A stretch of DNA of 64,000 nucleotides from Alphaproteobacteria bacterium (GTDB taxonomy: Bacteria; Pseudomonadota; Alphaproteobacteria; Caedimonadales; UBA9215). The stretch's first letter is position 1. Each line of letters begins with the position of its first letter. Below are positions 7,363 through 18,353 of this stretch, piece after piece. The translations under genes were made by a program, and so were the position numbers. The DNA is taken from NCBI GenBank assembly GCA_024281375.1, contig JAJSAD010000041.1:19397-83396 (forward strand), read 5' to 3'. The notes under the pieces are model-generated. The model worked only from the letters and a program-made list of their open reading frames with translations. It made no database searches and had not been told where the DNA came from.

Positions 7363-8445
7363 TTGAAGATGTCATCTGCCACCCTTGCTTCCCCTGCCTT
7401 ACAAACGCCCTTTGTTTCTAATCAACGTATTCAAACCCTTTCCAATTGGTTTTTTCTGACAGCCTTTTTTGTGATGGTCATGGTTATATTGGGAGGATTG
7501 ACACGTCTAACGGGGTCGGGGCTTTCTATGGTAAATTGGCGTCCTATCACAGGGTTTTTGCCTCCCCTTAATCCAGAACAATGGCAAGCGGTTTTCGAAC
7601 TCTATCAAGAATCTCCCCAATACCAAACGGTAAATTTTGGGATGGGCGTTGATGATTTTAAAGGCATTTTTTGGCTAGAATATATCCATCGCCTGGTGGG
7701 GCGTTTGCTTGGCCTTTTGTTTTTAGCACCTCTTGTGTATAGCGTTTTGCATAAATAACTGAGGTCTTGGGCCCCAAAAATTGTGGGTGTTTGGATTTTG
7801 GGAGCCCTTCAAGGAGTGCTGGGGTGGTATATGGTTAAAAGCGGTCTGGTGGACGATCCATGGGTGAGCCCTTTTCGTTTATGTGCTCATTTGATGCTGG
7901 CTTTTTTAACCTGTTCCTTATTGGTATGGTATGGCTTAAAAGGGCGCTATCCTCGCCACGTTTCTTTAGGGAGCAATCTTAAACAACCCCTGACTTTTTT
8001 GACCTTTACCCTTGTGATTCTGACCATTTGCTATGGGGCTTTTGTCGCGGGAATGAAAGCAGGGTTGCTCTATAACACGTTTCCCCTTATGGGAGGAGAC
8101 CTTATACCCGAGGAAACATTTTTTCATAAACCCTGGTATATTAATTTTTTTAATAATCCTGTCACTGTGCAGTTGACCCATCGGTTTTTAGCATTTTCCA
8201 CTCTTGTCATAATGTGGGTTTATGGCATAAAACGTTTCCAAATCACCTCTTCTAACGTCGAGAAAAAATGGCTCATGGGGTTGTTAGGTTGGTCTCTAGT
8301 TCAGGTGATTTTAGGAGTTTCAACTCTCTTGATGCATGTTCCCTATGATATGGCCATAACTCACCAAGCAGGTGCTTTAATTTTGGTGTTAATTTTCTTA
8401 GGGACACAGTACTTTAAAGAACCCTTTATGGAAGACCTCACCTAA
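7363..8445 (+). pseudogene. ctaA: heme A synthase (CtaA/COX15) interrupted by an in-frame TAA at 7756-7758
   Basis: ORFs 7363..7758 and 7783..8445 share one frame. The N part has TM1, the long loop and TM2 (GGLTRLTGSGLSMVNW, EYIHR). The C part starts in the conserved LQGVLGWYMVKSGL block and carries the remaining TM helices. ATG at 7369 is an alternative start. Confidence 0.8.
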
Positions 8446-10687
8446 ATTTATTATTTCTAGGAAAACCAATAGGGGGTTGTTTACCGATTTGACCGCGCCG
8501 ACCAAGCCAGGGAAGAAGATCGGTTTCCGTCCTAACACGATCACCTAGGTGCCAGCTAAGACCGTCTTCTAGTTTAAAAGTCACAATATCACTCAAGGCG
8601 CCTTCACGATATTTCTGTAAAATCACCCCTCGGCCTCGATTCATTTCTGGAATTTCATCCAACTTATAAACAGCCATCTTACGATTATTGCCCATCACCG
8701 CTACATGGTCATGACCTGGGTTAATCGACCAACAACAAAGCGCTTTTTTCTTCTCGGCTACATTGAGGATTTGTTTACCATTTTTCGTTTGCGCGATCAC
8801 ATTCTTCAAAGGAATAATAAAGCCATGCCCTTCATTAGAAGCAACAAGAATCTTTGCTTCCTGATCTTTAATAGGGTTATAGAGAAACATTGTCACAATG
8901 GTTGCACTGTTAGGCATCTCAATAGAAAGCGTCAAGGGTTCACCATGGCCGCGCCCGCCTGGAATTTTATCAACCCCAAGGGTATAAAAACGACCTGTCG
9001 AATCAAAGACAAGCAATTTATCGGTGGTTTCCCCAGGGAGGATAAAGTTTCCTTCATCTCCTTCTTTGAACTTCAAGTCTTCAGGCTTAACTTGATGGCC
9101 TTTAAGAGCTCTAATCCAACCATTTTTAGAACACACAATGGTGACAGGTTCTTTTTCAATCATGGCTTCAAGGGGTACATCTTTAATATTCGGCGCCTCC
9201 GCAAAGGTTGTGCGCCTGGGTCCTTCGGGATGTTTAGGGCCATAAGTTTTCTTTAGCAAACGTAAATCATCGGAGATATTTTTCCATTGCAAGTCATCAC
9301 TAGCGAGAAGCTCTTCCAAAGTTTTTTGTTCATTTTCAAGGTCTTTTAGCTCTTTTTTAATGTGCATTTCTTCGAGTTTACGAAGGAATTTCAAGCGCAT
9401 ATTCAAAATTGCATCGGCCTGAATATCACTCAACTTAAAGGTTGTGATCAATTGTCCTTTGGGGTCCTCTTCAAAACGAATAATGCGAATGACTTCATCC
9501 ACATTTAAAAAGACAATCATAAAGCCTCGAAGAATCTCAAGGCGGCGCTCTATTTCTCCCAAACGATACCGAGATCGTCGACATAAAACATCTTTACGAT
9601 GGTCTAAGAAAGCTTGGAGAACTTCACGCAGATTCATTACCCGGGGAATTTTACCATGATCAAGGACGTTCATATTAAGATTGAAACGACTCTCAAGATC
9701 CGTTGTACGATAAAGAGATTCCATCAATAGTTCTGGGTCGATGGTGCGTGTTTTTGGCAGAATCACAAGGCGAATATCCGTTGTGGATTCGTCTCGAATA
9801 TCTCCTAGAAGAGGGAGTTTTTTCAAAGTCCAGAGATCAGCAATCTTCTCAATGAGTCTTGATTTTTGAACTTGATAGGGAATCTCTGTGATTACAACCT
9901 GATATTGACCATTATTAAGTTTCTCAACCTCATAACGGGCTCGAACCTTGATACTACCACGCCCTGTCTCATAAGCTTTTAAGATATTTTCTGGGGATTC
10001 AATAATCACCCCGCCCGTTGGAAAATCAGGCCCGGGGATATATTTAAGGAGAGTCTCAAAAGAAGCATTGGGGGATTTAATCAGATGGAGCAAGGCATTG
10101 CAGAGTTCTTCCACATTATGAGGAGGAATATTGGTCGCCATGCCAACGGCAATCCCAGAAGATCCATTAGCGAGCAAGTTAGGAAAACGCGTGGGCATGA
10201 CCTTGGGCTCGGTGGTCTCTCCATTATAAGTGGGGATAAAGGGCACCGCGTCTTCATTAATACCCTCCACAAGGTCCATGGCGGTGGGTGATAATCTGGC
10301 CTCCGTATAGCGCATGGCGGCTGCATTATCGCCGTCGATACTGCCGAAGTTTCCTTGACCATCTACCAATAAATAACGGGTTGAGAAATTCTGTGCCATC
10401 CTCACCATGGCATCGTAAATAGAAGAGTCACCATGGGGGTGATATTTCATCATCACATACCCGACGGCACTGGCAGATTTACGGTAGGTCTTATCCGGTG
10501 TGTTCCCTGATTCACGCATGGCATAAAGGATCCGGCGATGCACAGGTTTCAAGCCATCGCGCACATCAGGCAGAGAGCGCGCCGTAATGGTCGACAAAGC
10601 ATACGCCAAATAGCGTTCTCCAAGGGCCTTATCTAAGGGCTCTTCAATGACAGTTCCAAGAGAAGCTTTAACCGGTGAGTTACTCAT
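8438..10687 (-). CDS. parC: DNA topoisomerase IV subunit A
   Basis: 749 aa with [19 protein letters not shown] and [18 protein letters not shown]. The length fits ParC rather than the longer GyrA. Confidence 0.9.
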   Translation of the reverse strand: MSNSPVKASLGTVIEEPLDKALGERYLAYALSTITARSLPDVRDGLKPVHRRILYAMRESGNTPDKTYRKSASAVGYVMMKYHPHGDSSIYDAMVRMAQNFSTRYLLVDGQGNFGSIDGDNAAAMRYTEARLSPTAMDLVEGINEDAVPFIPTYNGETTEPKVMPTRFPNLLANGSSGIAVGMATNIPPHNVEELCNALLHLIKSPNASFETLLKYIPGPDFPTGGVIIESPENILKAYETGRGSIKVRARYEVEKLNNGQYQVVITEIPYQVQKSRLIEKIADLWTLKKLPLLGDIRDESTTDIRLVILPKTRTIDPELLMESLYRTTDLESRFNLNMNVLDHGKIPRVMNLREVLQAFLDHRKDVLCRRSRYRLGEIERRLEILRGFMIVFLNVDEVIRIIRFEEDPKGQLITTFKLSDIQADAILNMRLKFLRKLEEMHIKKELKDLENEQKTLEELLASDDLQWKNISDDLRLLKKTYGPKHPEGPRRTTFAEAPNIKDVPLEAMIEKEPVTIVCSKNGWIRALKGHQVKPEDLKFKEGDEGNFILPGETTDKLLVFDSTGRFYTLGVDKIPGGRGHGEPLTLSIEMPNSATIVTMFLYNPIKDQEAKILVASNEGHGFIIPLKNVIAQTKNGKQILNVAEKKKALCCWSINPGHDHVAVMGNNRKMAVYKLDEIPEMNRGRGVILQKYREGALSDIVTFKLEDGLSWHLGDRVRTETDLLPWLGRRGQIGKQPPIGFPRNNKFR

Positions 10688-10694
10688 TAAATTC

Positions 10695-11432
10695 CTAAAA
10701 AAATTTCAAGGCGGCACACAATCGATGGCGGGCCGCAGGTGCCTCAATATCATGGGGAACCAAAACATATTTATTAAGAAAATAGCCTGATAAAGTCAGG
10801 GCTGCAAGGACTTCTTGGACATCTTTTATTTTTCGTTCTTTATCAACTTGTTGTAAAAACAATGGCAAAGCAAGCAATTTATCCTTATAAGGCTCCCCCG
10901 ATTGCCTTGAAACCGCCCGACCGCTACGGGGGGAAACATAAATCAGCTCTTCCTGCGTACCTGTTGCCGCACAGGATTTAAAATCAAGGGCTATGCCTGT
11001 TTGCTCTAATAAAAAGAGCTCAAAATAACAATAAGCCTCCAACCATAATAGCCTATCATCTGCTTTTTCAAACTGATGAATCAAATGCAAAAAAGCCGTA
11101 TAAACCTTTGGAGCCGCGTCACGCTCCGGCAAACACACCTCCACAAGTGCGCAAGCCGCATTCAGTGTCTTAAGAGCCAAGGGATTTTGAAGCACAAACG
11201 CAAGAGGTGTATAAAGAGGCTCAAAGTTCCAAGCTCCTAAATGCTCACTGAGCCTCGCCTTCCACGTTGCCTGAACAACTGTCCCACACTCTGCCGTTGA
11301 TTTGGTAAGCTTGCTGGGGCGAAAAATACCCTTATGGCGACCATGCTCTTTGGTGAGAACCGTTGCGATAAGCTGACGCTCTCCATGTTTTCGCGCGCCA
11401 ATGACAATGGCGTCATCCTCCCACCGAATCAT
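10695..11432 (-). CDS. recO: DNA repair protein RecO
   Basis: 245 aa with an N-terminal OB-fold-like sequence. Position downstream of era-rnc is the conserved proteobacterial order. Confidence 0.8.
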   Translation of the reverse strand: MIRWEDDAIVIGARKHGERQLIATVLTKEHGRHKGIFRPSKLTKSTAECGTVVQATWKARLSEHLGAWNFEPLYTPLAFVLQNPLALKTLNAACALVEVCLPERDAAPKVYTAFLHLIHQFEKADDRLLWLEAYCYFELFLLEQTGIALDFKSCAATGTQEELIYVSPRSGRAVSRQSGEPYKDKLLALPLFLQQVDKERKIKDVQEVLAALTLSGYFLNKYVLVPHDIEAPAARHRLCAALKFF

Positions 11433-11447
11433 AGAGTCCTTCCCAAA

Positions 11448-12383
11448 TTACGCATTGAAATCCAACCCCATTACCTCAAAATGCTCCTTCGTATCGGCCC
11501 AATTTTTCGTCACACGGACGTGAATTTTAAGGTGGGCTTTATGCCCTAGCATGTCAGAAATATCTACTCGCGCTTCCTCTCCAATTTTTTTCACCTGTTG
11601 ACCTCCTTTTCCAAGGACAATACCTTTTTGAGAATCCCGAGCTACATGGATAATTTGAGAAATTTTCACATCCCCATTGTCGAATTTCTCCCACTGCTCC
11701 GTTTCCACATGGATGGCATAGGGTAGTTCTTGATGCAAATATTTATAAATTTTTTCCCGGGTGATTTCGGCTGCCAAGAGACGCACAGGCATATCGGTTA
11801 TTTGATCCTCTGGATAAAGCCAAACCCCTTCTGGCAAGGTCTTGGCCGCATAATCCAAAAGCTCATCTAATCCTTCTCCTTTTAAAGCAGAAATTAAAAA
11901 AACTTTTGCAAAATCCCGATCTTTTATAAAAGCCTCAATGGTTCCCAACAAATCTGCTTTTGAAACCAAATCAATTTTATTAATAACCAGAGCCACCGGA
12001 CGATCTCCCTGAAAAGAGATTTTTTCAATGAGCTCAAGATGCTCTTGAAAATTTCCTTTAAGAGGATCGACCAACACAAAGGTCATATCTCCATCTTTGG
12101 GAGCCGCTAAGGCCGCGCTCACCATGGCACGATCCAAGCGCTTTTGTGGTTTAAAGTACCCGGGGGTATCCATGAAAATAAGTTGAGTTTGATGGCGGAT
12201 ACAAATCCCTAGAATCCGTTGCCTGGTTGTTTGAACCTTATGGGAGACAATAGAAATTTTCGTCCCCACAAGAGCGTTCATGAGCGTAGATTTGCCAACA
12301 TTGGTTAATCCAACGATACTGATAAACCCACTACGTTTTGGTTGAGAATTCTGCTTAGAATGTGATGTCATTTCTTTACTCAA
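11448..12383 (-). CDS. era: GTPase Era
   Basis: G1 GLTNVGKST, G3 DTPG, G4 NKID, and a C-terminal KH domain. Confidence 0.9.
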   Translation of the reverse strand: MSKEMTSHSKQNSQPKRSGFISIVGLTNVGKSTLMNALVGTKISIVSHKVQTTRQRILGICIRHQTQLIFMDTPGYFKPQKRLDRAMVSAALAAPKDGDMTFVLVDPLKGNFQEHLELIEKISFQGDRPVALVINKIDLVSKADLLGTIEAFIKDRDFAKVFLISALKGEGLDELLDYAAKTLPEGVWLYPEDQITDMPVRLLAAEITREKIYKYLHQELPYAIHVETEQWEKFDNGDVKISQIIHVARDSQKGIVLGKGGQQVKKIGEEARVDISDMLGHKAHLKIHVRVTKNWADTKEHFEVMGLDFNA

Positions 12384-12384
12384 G

Positions 12385-13050
12385 TTAACTTAATTCTTTT
12401 AAGAGGGTTTGTGCTGCTCTTTTTTCAGCTTGTTTCAAGGAGGGGCCCTCAGCCGTTGCCTGCAAGTTTTTATCAATAGAAATTTTTACGAAAAACAAAG
12501 GATTGTGATCGGGACCAGAACGTTTTACCAATTCATAGAAAGGGGCTGGTTTTTTATGAAGGTGGGCCCATTCTTGCACCGCCGACTTTGGGTCTTTTGG
12601 AGCGTTAACCATTTCTTGTACCAAAGGGTCCCAAAAACGTGCAATGATTTTTTGAACGTCTTGAAGGCCACTTTCAAGATACACAACAGCCAATAAAGCT
12701 TCCACACCATCAGCTAAAACAGAGGGGCGGTTTCTAGAAAAATTTTCTGTCTCTGCTTGAATGAAGTTTTGAAGCTCCCATTCTAAAGCAATTTTTACCA
12801 GGGTTTCAGAAGACACAAGAGGGCTATGGCGCTGCGCGAGTTCTCCTTCACTGTCCTTTGGATAAGCTTTATATAAAAGCTCAGCCACCCCCAAACCCAA
12901 AAGACGATCGCCTAGAAATTCAAGACGCTCATAGCTTTGTTGGGTGGGAGACGTGATACTTGCGTGACGAAAAGCTTGGGCCAATAAGTCAGAATTTTGA
13001 AAGACATAGTCCAGCTTATCTTGCAAGATAGTCAATGATTCTCGGGGCAT
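12385..13050 (-). CDS. rnc: ribonuclease III
   Basis: Signature ERLEFLGDRLLG plus a C-terminal dsRBD. 221 aa. Confidence 0.9.
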   Translation of the reverse strand: MPRESLTILQDKLDYVFQNSDLLAQAFRHASITSPTQQSYERLEFLGDRLLGLGVAELLYKAYPKDSEGELAQRHSPLVSSETLVKIALEWELQNFIQAETENFSRNRPSVLADGVEALLAVVYLESGLQDVQKIIARFWDPLVQEMVNAPKDPKSAVQEWAHLHKKPAPFYELVKRSGPDHNPLFFVKISIDKNLQATAEGPSLKQAEKRAAQTLLKELS

Positions 13051-13068
13051 TAAGACTGACTCCCAGAC

Positions 13069-13869
13069 TTACTTAATGGCCTGAAAAATACGATCAAAAC
13101 GAATGTCAAAAGGCCATTTCCACACTTCCCACCACTGAGCTCTTGTTGAGAACCAAATAATCTTAGCTTGACCAATAATATGCTCCTCAGGCACATAGCC
13201 TATCTGTGTCAAAACGCGACTATCTCCTGACTCATCTCGGTTATCGCCCATCATAAAATAGTGCCCTTCAGGAACGACATAGGCTTGGGTATTATCCAAC
13301 ATTCCTTGACCGAATTTCTCTTTTTTAAGGATTAAGTGCTTCACGCCATTGGGAAGAGTCTCATAATAGGCATCAATATGACGGTTCCTGTTAGGGTCAG
13401 AAATACGTTGCTCGGGTTGCCCCCGTTGATGAGGAATCCATAAATCATCCACAAAGTCACCCGCGGGTTCTACCGTTGCGGCTTCATTATTAATGTACAA
13501 AATACCGTCCCGCATTTGAACAATGTCCCCGGGAAGTCCCACAACGCGCTTAATATAATCCGTGTCAGGATCAAAGGGCCCTCTGAACACAACGACCTCA
13601 CCAATCTTTGGTTTATTGCCTCCCATAATTTTACCCGAAATAAGAGGTAAACTAAAAGGCAAAGAATGCTTTGTAAAACCGTAGCTATACTTTGTCACAA
13701 ACAAGAAATCACCAATTTGCAAATTAGGCTTCATCGATCCCGATGGAATGACAAAAGGTTGGAAAATAAAACTTCTAATAAGTAAGGCAATAAAAATCGC
13801 AACCCCAATAGAGATAATTTCCTCTTTTAATGTTGGTTTCTTTTTTACTTTCTTTGGGGTATCGGTCAT
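13069..13869 (-). CDS. lepB: signal peptidase I
   Basis: N-terminal TM, Ser box SGSMKPNL, and GDNRDESGDSR box. Confidence 0.9.
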   Translation of the reverse strand: MTDTPKKVKKKPTLKEEIISIGVAIFIALLIRSFIFQPFVIPSGSMKPNLQIGDFLFVTKYSYGFTKHSLPFSLPLISGKIMGGNKPKIGEVVVFRGPFDPDTDYIKRVVGLPGDIVQMRDGILYINNEAATVEPAGDFVDDLWIPHQRGQPEQRISDPNRNRHIDAYYETLPNGVKHLILKKEKFGQGMLDNTQAYVVPEGHYFMMGDNRDESGDSRVLTQIGYVPEEHIIGQAKIIWFSTRAQWWEVWKWPFDIRFDRIFQAIK

Positions 13870-13937
13870 TTAATATATATTCCAAAATTATTTTCTAAAG
13901 GTAACCTAGCATAAAAGCGCCCTCAACACAAAAAAGC

Positions 13938-14999
13938 TTATGAGACAACGCCTGCTTTAATCACTTTCTTCATGAGGGTTGGCAGAGGATAGTGATGCAA
14001 ATCACTTGTTCTTACCCATTTTGTTGTTTTACAGCGAGGGCTAAAATCATTAGCTCCCCCATAATAAACATCAAGATTGAGGTGAAAATGGGTAAAAGTG
14101 TGTTTGACCTTCTTATCAAGGGAGGTGATTTTTCCCTCCCCACACAACTCTTCAAAAGACTTCTCCACTGCCTCCCTATCTTCTGACCAGATCGTCGAGG
14201 GCACCTCCATCATATGAGCCAGCAGTCCTTTTCCGGGACGCTTTCGAATCAACAAACATCCTTGATGATCCGTAATCAAAAAAGCTTTGCCAAATCTTGT
14301 GGGTTTTTGAGGTTTATCCCTTTTATAGGGAATCTCCTGCTGTAAATTTGTTGCATAAGCACAGCAGTTTTCTTGAAAGGGGCAAGACTTACACAAAGGT
14401 TTTTTAGGCTTACACACCGTTGCCCCTAAATCCATCAAGCCTTGAGCAAAATTCCCTGGTTTAGGAGTGTCCCCATAACACACCACAAGCCTTTCAATGT
14501 CTTTTTTTAAGTCCGGCAGAGGTATTTTAAAGCTATGAAGACGCGCCATCACGCGTATTACATTGCCATCCACTGGCACTGTAGTCCCCTTAAACGCAAT
14601 ACTCGCAATAGCAGATGCTGTATAAGGCCCCACCCCTGGTAATTTTAAAAGCTCTTGGATGTCTTGTGGAAAAAGCCCCTTATACTCACCTCTCACAATT
14701 TGAGCACATTTCAAAAGATTTCTAGCCCGGGAATAATATCCAAGACCTTGCCAAGCAGTTAAAATCTCTTCCTCAGAGGCTTTGGCTAGATCTTCCAAAG
14801 TTGGCCATTGTTCAATAAATCTATGAAAATAATCCCTGACGGTTACAACAGTTGTCTGTTGCAACATAATTTCACTAAGCCACGTATGATAAGGGTTTCC
14901 AAGATCATCATGGTCATAACGCCAAGGGAGATCCCTGGCAGAATTTTCATACCAGCTCAGAAGTTTTTTGATAATTTGTTGTTCTTTTTTTGCGCTCAT
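13938..14999 (-). CDS. mutY: A/G-specific adenine DNA glycosylase MutY
   Basis: HhH-GPD region (LGYYSRARNL, LPGVGPYTA), Fe-S cluster loop C-x6-C-x2-C-x5-C (CKPKKPLCKSCPFQENC), and a C-terminal NUDIX-like domain. Confidence 0.9.
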   Translation of the reverse strand: MSAKKEQQIIKKLLSWYENSARDLPWRYDHDDLGNPYHTWLSEIMLQQTTVVTVRDYFHRFIEQWPTLEDLAKASEEEILTAWQGLGYYSRARNLLKCAQIVRGEYKGLFPQDIQELLKLPGVGPYTASAIASIAFKGTTVPVDGNVIRVMARLHSFKIPLPDLKKDIERLVVCYGDTPKPGNFAQGLMDLGATVCKPKKPLCKSCPFQENCCAYATNLQQEIPYKRDKPQKPTRFGKAFLITDHQGCLLIRKRPGKGLLAHMMEVPSTIWSEDREAVEKSFEELCGEGKITSLDKKVKHTFTHFHLNLDVYYGGANDFSPRCKTTKWVRTSDLHHYPLPTLMKKVIKAGVVS

Positions 15000-15002
15000 G
15001 CC

Positions 15003-15473
15003 ATGCTATCTCTTATGAAGAGTATAAAAGCCGTTGTGAACCGTGTCGTCAATCCCATTGCTAAAAAACGAGGGCTTATTCATGGAAAAATCATTTTAGA
15101 GTGGGAAAAAATTGTCGGCACACAATACGCTTCTTATTGCGCCCCCCTTAAGGTCTCTTTTCGCCAGGGGTATCGCACCTACGGTACGCTCCACATGAAA
15201 GTGAACCCGAGTCATGTCTTGCTTGTTACCCATAGTCAAGATTTAGTCATTGAAAAAATTAACACTTTTTTTGGGTATAAAGCCGTTAATGCTCTTAAGA
15301 TTATTCAAATGCCTTTTACACCAACACCTTCAACTCTTGCCATTAACATTGCAAACATCTCAGAAAAAAAAGAAAGTATTCAAGACCTTCCCCCAGAAAA
15401 ACGCCTTTCTAGAGCTCTTGAAAATCTAGAATCTCTGATTACTTTAGAAGAACAGAAAAAAAAGAAACCTTAA
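15003..15473 (+). CDS. DUF721 (DciA-like) protein
   Basis: GKIILEWEKIVG..APLKVSF..GTLHMKV..LLVTHSQDLVIEKINTFFGYKAV fits the DUF721 pattern. Start taken at ATG 15003, with ATG 15015 also possible. The listed ORF start 14808 is antisense to mutY. Confidence 0.7.
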   Translation: MLSLMKSIKAVVNRVVNPIAKKRGLIHGKIILEWEKIVGTQYASYCAPLKVSFRQGYRTYGTLHMKVNPSHVLLVTHSQDLVIEKINTFFGYKAVNALKIIQMPFTPTPSTLAINIANISEKKESIQDLPPEKRLSRALENLESLITLEEQKKKKP

Positions 15474-15525
15474 CCTTTTGTTTACCTTTCCGCAATAACC
15501 TGATTTTGATAAGAATCTCAAACCA

Positions 15526-17163
15526 TTGAGGAAAATAGTGACGAATATCTCTGCTGAAAAACCCCAAAAAAGCTCTAAACGCCTTGTATTGAAAATTACC
15601 TCTCTCTCTTTAGCAAGCCTTTTTGCCTTTGCTATTATTGCCTACATTTCCTTTAATAATTACGAGCATTACAATCACCTTTTAAAAGAACAACAAGTCA
15701 TCACCCAAAAACTTTCAACCTTAAAAGGTCTCCAACAAAACCTGCTGAATCTTCAAAAATATACGACACAAGAGTCACTTAACTCTTCTTCTCTCCCTAT
15801 TGATACGGTAATGCAAAAAATAGAGAAGGCATTTTCAACCTTAAAAGACGTTAATAATCCCCTTTTGACACGTGCTTTTTCACAGTTTTTAGAAGTAAAG
15901 AAACAAACTAAAACCTTAAAAGCTTTTTTAGCTAAACGCGCCACCATTCTTAAACAAACACCCCTAAATCAAAAAAAGATTTCCTGGCTCAACGAGCAAT
16001 CCAATTCCCAGAAAAAAAGAATTTCAGATGAGATTGCACCTCTTTTCAAACACGTACAAGCTCTAAAACATGAGCAAAAACAAATCATCAACATGAAAAG
16101 TGAGGACATCAAATCCTTTGAAAGTGACACCCTTAACACTCTTTATATAATTTTAGGCATTTTGGCCTTAGCTGTTTTTTGCATTCATTTTATTGCCGCT
16201 TATTTGATTTCAAAGCCCCTTACACAAATCACACAGCGCATGCGCGACATTAATGATGGTAAGGTCAGCGGAGAAGTTCATGGTACGGAGCGAAATGATG
16301 AATTTGGAGACATTGCTCGTATGCTTCAAGCTTTTCGAGAAAATGCGCTAAAGATCGAACAAATGCAACAACACCTCCAACAAACAATCGCTGAGTCTAA
16401 AAAATCAACCCAAATCAAAAATCAATTCATGGCACGTATGAGTCATGAACTTCGCACGCCTTTGAATGCCATCATTGGCTATTCAGAGATGATTGTGGAC
16501 TCTGTGAATGATAAAATGGATTTAAAACAATTGCGCAATGATATCAATCAAATTGCCGATGCGGGACAAAATCTCCTCACTATGGTGGATTCTGTCCTTG
16601 AACTCACCGAAGACGATGACGAAAACAGTGTAAAAACCGAAAATTTTAATGTACGTGAAGAAGTTCAACAAGTTCTTCCCGCCCTTGAGGTGATTATCCT
16701 CAAAAACAAAAATAAATTCAAAGTTCACTGCCCTGACGCAAGCCTCATGATGGATTCAGATCCTAAGAAGATCAAACGCGTTCTTATTAATCTCATTAAA
16801 AATGCAGCAAATTTCACAAAAAATGGACAACTCACCTTAGATATTATCGCTGCGAACCTTGGAGATTTAGAGGCTGTTTGCTTCAAGGTTAAAGATACGG
16901 GCTGCGGCATTGAGTCTTCTAAAATTGGGTCTTTATTCAACGCTTTTGAACAAAAAGAATCAAGTTCTACCAAGACCCAAGGTGGTGCCGGACTTGGCCT
17001 TGCCATTGTCAAAAAAATCACCGATGACCTCCATGGACAAGTATCTGTAGAGAGTACCCTTAATCAAGGAAGCACCTTCACCGTCATTCTTCCGTGTCAT
17101 TACAAACAAGCAGATGAGCGTGCTCAAAAGATTATGCTCTCTCCCTTGGCTGAAGCTGTTTAA
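15526..17163 (+). CDS. membrane sensor histidine kinase (HAMP-HisKA-HATPase)
   Basis: Two TM segments, a HAMP-like linker, H-box MSHELRTPLNAI, N-box NLIKNAANFT, G1 DTGCGI and G2 GGAGLGLAI. TTG start at 15526 (GTG 15538 is an alternative). No response regulator is adjacent. Confidence 0.85.
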   Translation: MRKIVTNISAEKPQKSSKRLVLKITSLSLASLFAFAIIAYISFNNYEHYNHLLKEQQVITQKLSTLKGLQQNLLNLQKYTTQESLNSSSLPIDTVMQKIEKAFSTLKDVNNPLLTRAFSQFLEVKKQTKTLKAFLAKRATILKQTPLNQKKISWLNEQSNSQKKRISDEIAPLFKHVQALKHEQKQIINMKSEDIKSFESDTLNTLYIILGILALAVFCIHFIAAYLISKPLTQITQRMRDINDGKVSGEVHGTERNDEFGDIARMLQAFRENALKIEQMQQHLQQTIAESKKSTQIKNQFMARMSHELRTPLNAIIGYSEMIVDSVNDKMDLKQLRNDINQIADAGQNLLTMVDSVLELTEDDDENSVKTENFNVREEVQQVLPALEVIILKNKNKFKVHCPDASLMMDSDPKKIKRVLINLIKNAANFTKNGQLTLDIIAANLGDLEAVCFKVKDTGCGIESSKIGSLFNAFEQKESSSTKTQGGAGLGLAIVKKITDDLHGQVSVESTLNQGSTFTVILPCHYKQADERAQKIMLSPLAEAV

Positions 17164-17202
17164 GTCGCGGCTTTTTTCGAGGTGACAAAAACAACGAACC
17201 TC

Positions 17203-17219
17203 TATAACCTGAGGTTATA
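17203..17219. promoter_or_regulatory. 17-bp perfect palindrome upstream of yejB (candidate operator)
   Basis: TATAACCT-G-AGGTTATA lies 25 bp upstream of the yejB GTG start. Confidence 0.3.
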
Positions 17220-17243
17220 AAAATAAGTAACAAAAAGCCCCTT

Positions 17244-18350
17244 GTGACAGCCTACGCCTTTAGACGACTCCTCCTTATTATTCCCACTCTTCTTGGCATT
17301 CTCACCATCAATTTTGCTATTATTCAAACGGCTCCTGGTGGTCCTGTTGACCAAATGATTGCCAAAATTAGGGGCACCGATGTTGGGGCCACCTCCCGCT
17401 TTACGGGTTCTCAAGATATGGGGAATGGGATGCAAGACAAAGCCATCCATAGTGCGGGAGAGAGCAAATATCGCGGTGCCAGAGGCCTTGACCCCGAGTT
17501 CATCGCTCAAATCGAGAAAATGTATGGTTTTGACAAGCCCCCCCTCGAGCGCTTTTGGATTATGATTAAAAACTATCTTACCTTTGATTTTGGAGATAGT
17601 TATTTTCGAGACATTTCCGTCATTGAGCTCCTGAAAGAAAAACTTCCCGTTTCTATTTCCCTTGGTTTATGGTCCACCCTCTTTATTTATCTTATTTCTA
17701 TTCCCCTTGGCATTCGAAAAGCCGTTAAGGATGGGACTTCCTTTGATTTATGGACCAGTGCTGTGATTATTATTGGCTATGCCGTACCGAGCTTTTTGTT
17801 TGCTATTTTCCTGATTGTTCTTTTTGCCGGAGGAAGCTTTTGGGACCTTTTTCCCCTCCGAGGGCTCACCTCCGACAATTTTGATAGCTTGACGTGGCCC
17901 TACAAAATTCTCGATTATTTCTGGCATATCACCCTTCCGGTGACAGCCCTTGTGATTAGCGGATTTGCAAGCCTCACTCTCCTCACAAAAAACTCCTTCC
18001 TCGAAGAAATTAATAAACAATATGTCCTCACGGCCAAAGCCAAAGGGGTTTCCCAAAAAAATGTTCTCTATGGCCACATTTTTAGTAACGCTATGCTTAT
18101 TGTAATCGCGGGTTTTCCCAGCGCTGTTGTCCACATTTTCTTTACGGGCTCTTTGTTGATTGAAGTTATTTTTTCCCTCGATGGGATTGGGCTTCTCGGT
18201 TTTGAATCCGCTATTTCAAGGGATTATCCCGTTGTTTTCGCGACCCTTTATATTTTTACCCTCATTGGCCTCGTGCTCCATATTATAGGTGACCTTGTCT
18301 ATACCCTTGTGGACCCCCGAATCGATTTTGACAAGCGAGCGGGAACTTAA
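17244..18350 (+). CDS. yejB: peptide (microcin C-type) ABC transporter permease YejB
   Basis: The N-terminus [35 protein letters not shown] is collinear with E. coli YejB. 368 aa, GTG start. Confidence 0.85.
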   Translation: MTAYAFRRLLLIIPTLLGILTINFAIIQTAPGGPVDQMIAKIRGTDVGATSRFTGSQDMGNGMQDKAIHSAGESKYRGARGLDPEFIAQIEKMYGFDKPPLERFWIMIKNYLTFDFGDSYFRDISVIELLKEKLPVSISLGLWSTLFIYLISIPLGIRKAVKDGTSFDLWTSAVIIIGYAVPSFLFAIFLIVLFAGGSFWDLFPLRGLTSDNFDSLTWPYKILDYFWHITLPVTALVISGFASLTLLTKNSFLEEINKQYVLTAKAKGVSQKNVLYGHIFSNAMLIVIAGFPSAVVHIFFTGSLLIEVIFSLDGIGLLGFESAISRDYPVVFATLYIFTLIGLVLHIIGDLVYTLVDPRIDFDKRAGT

Positions 18351-18353
18351 CCC

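Noticed and set aside
8438-8445. Convergent gene-end overlaps (ctaA/parC 8 bp; yejF/orphan 4 bp at 20983-20986)
   Set aside because: Short tail-to-tail overlaps are common in compact genomes, and nothing further (hairpin, repeat) is associated with them.
14808-15002. Upstream extension of the DUF721 ORF
   Set aside because: It is antisense to the 5' coding region of mutY, and the translated sequence has no DUF721 similarity. Homology begins after ATG 15003/15015.
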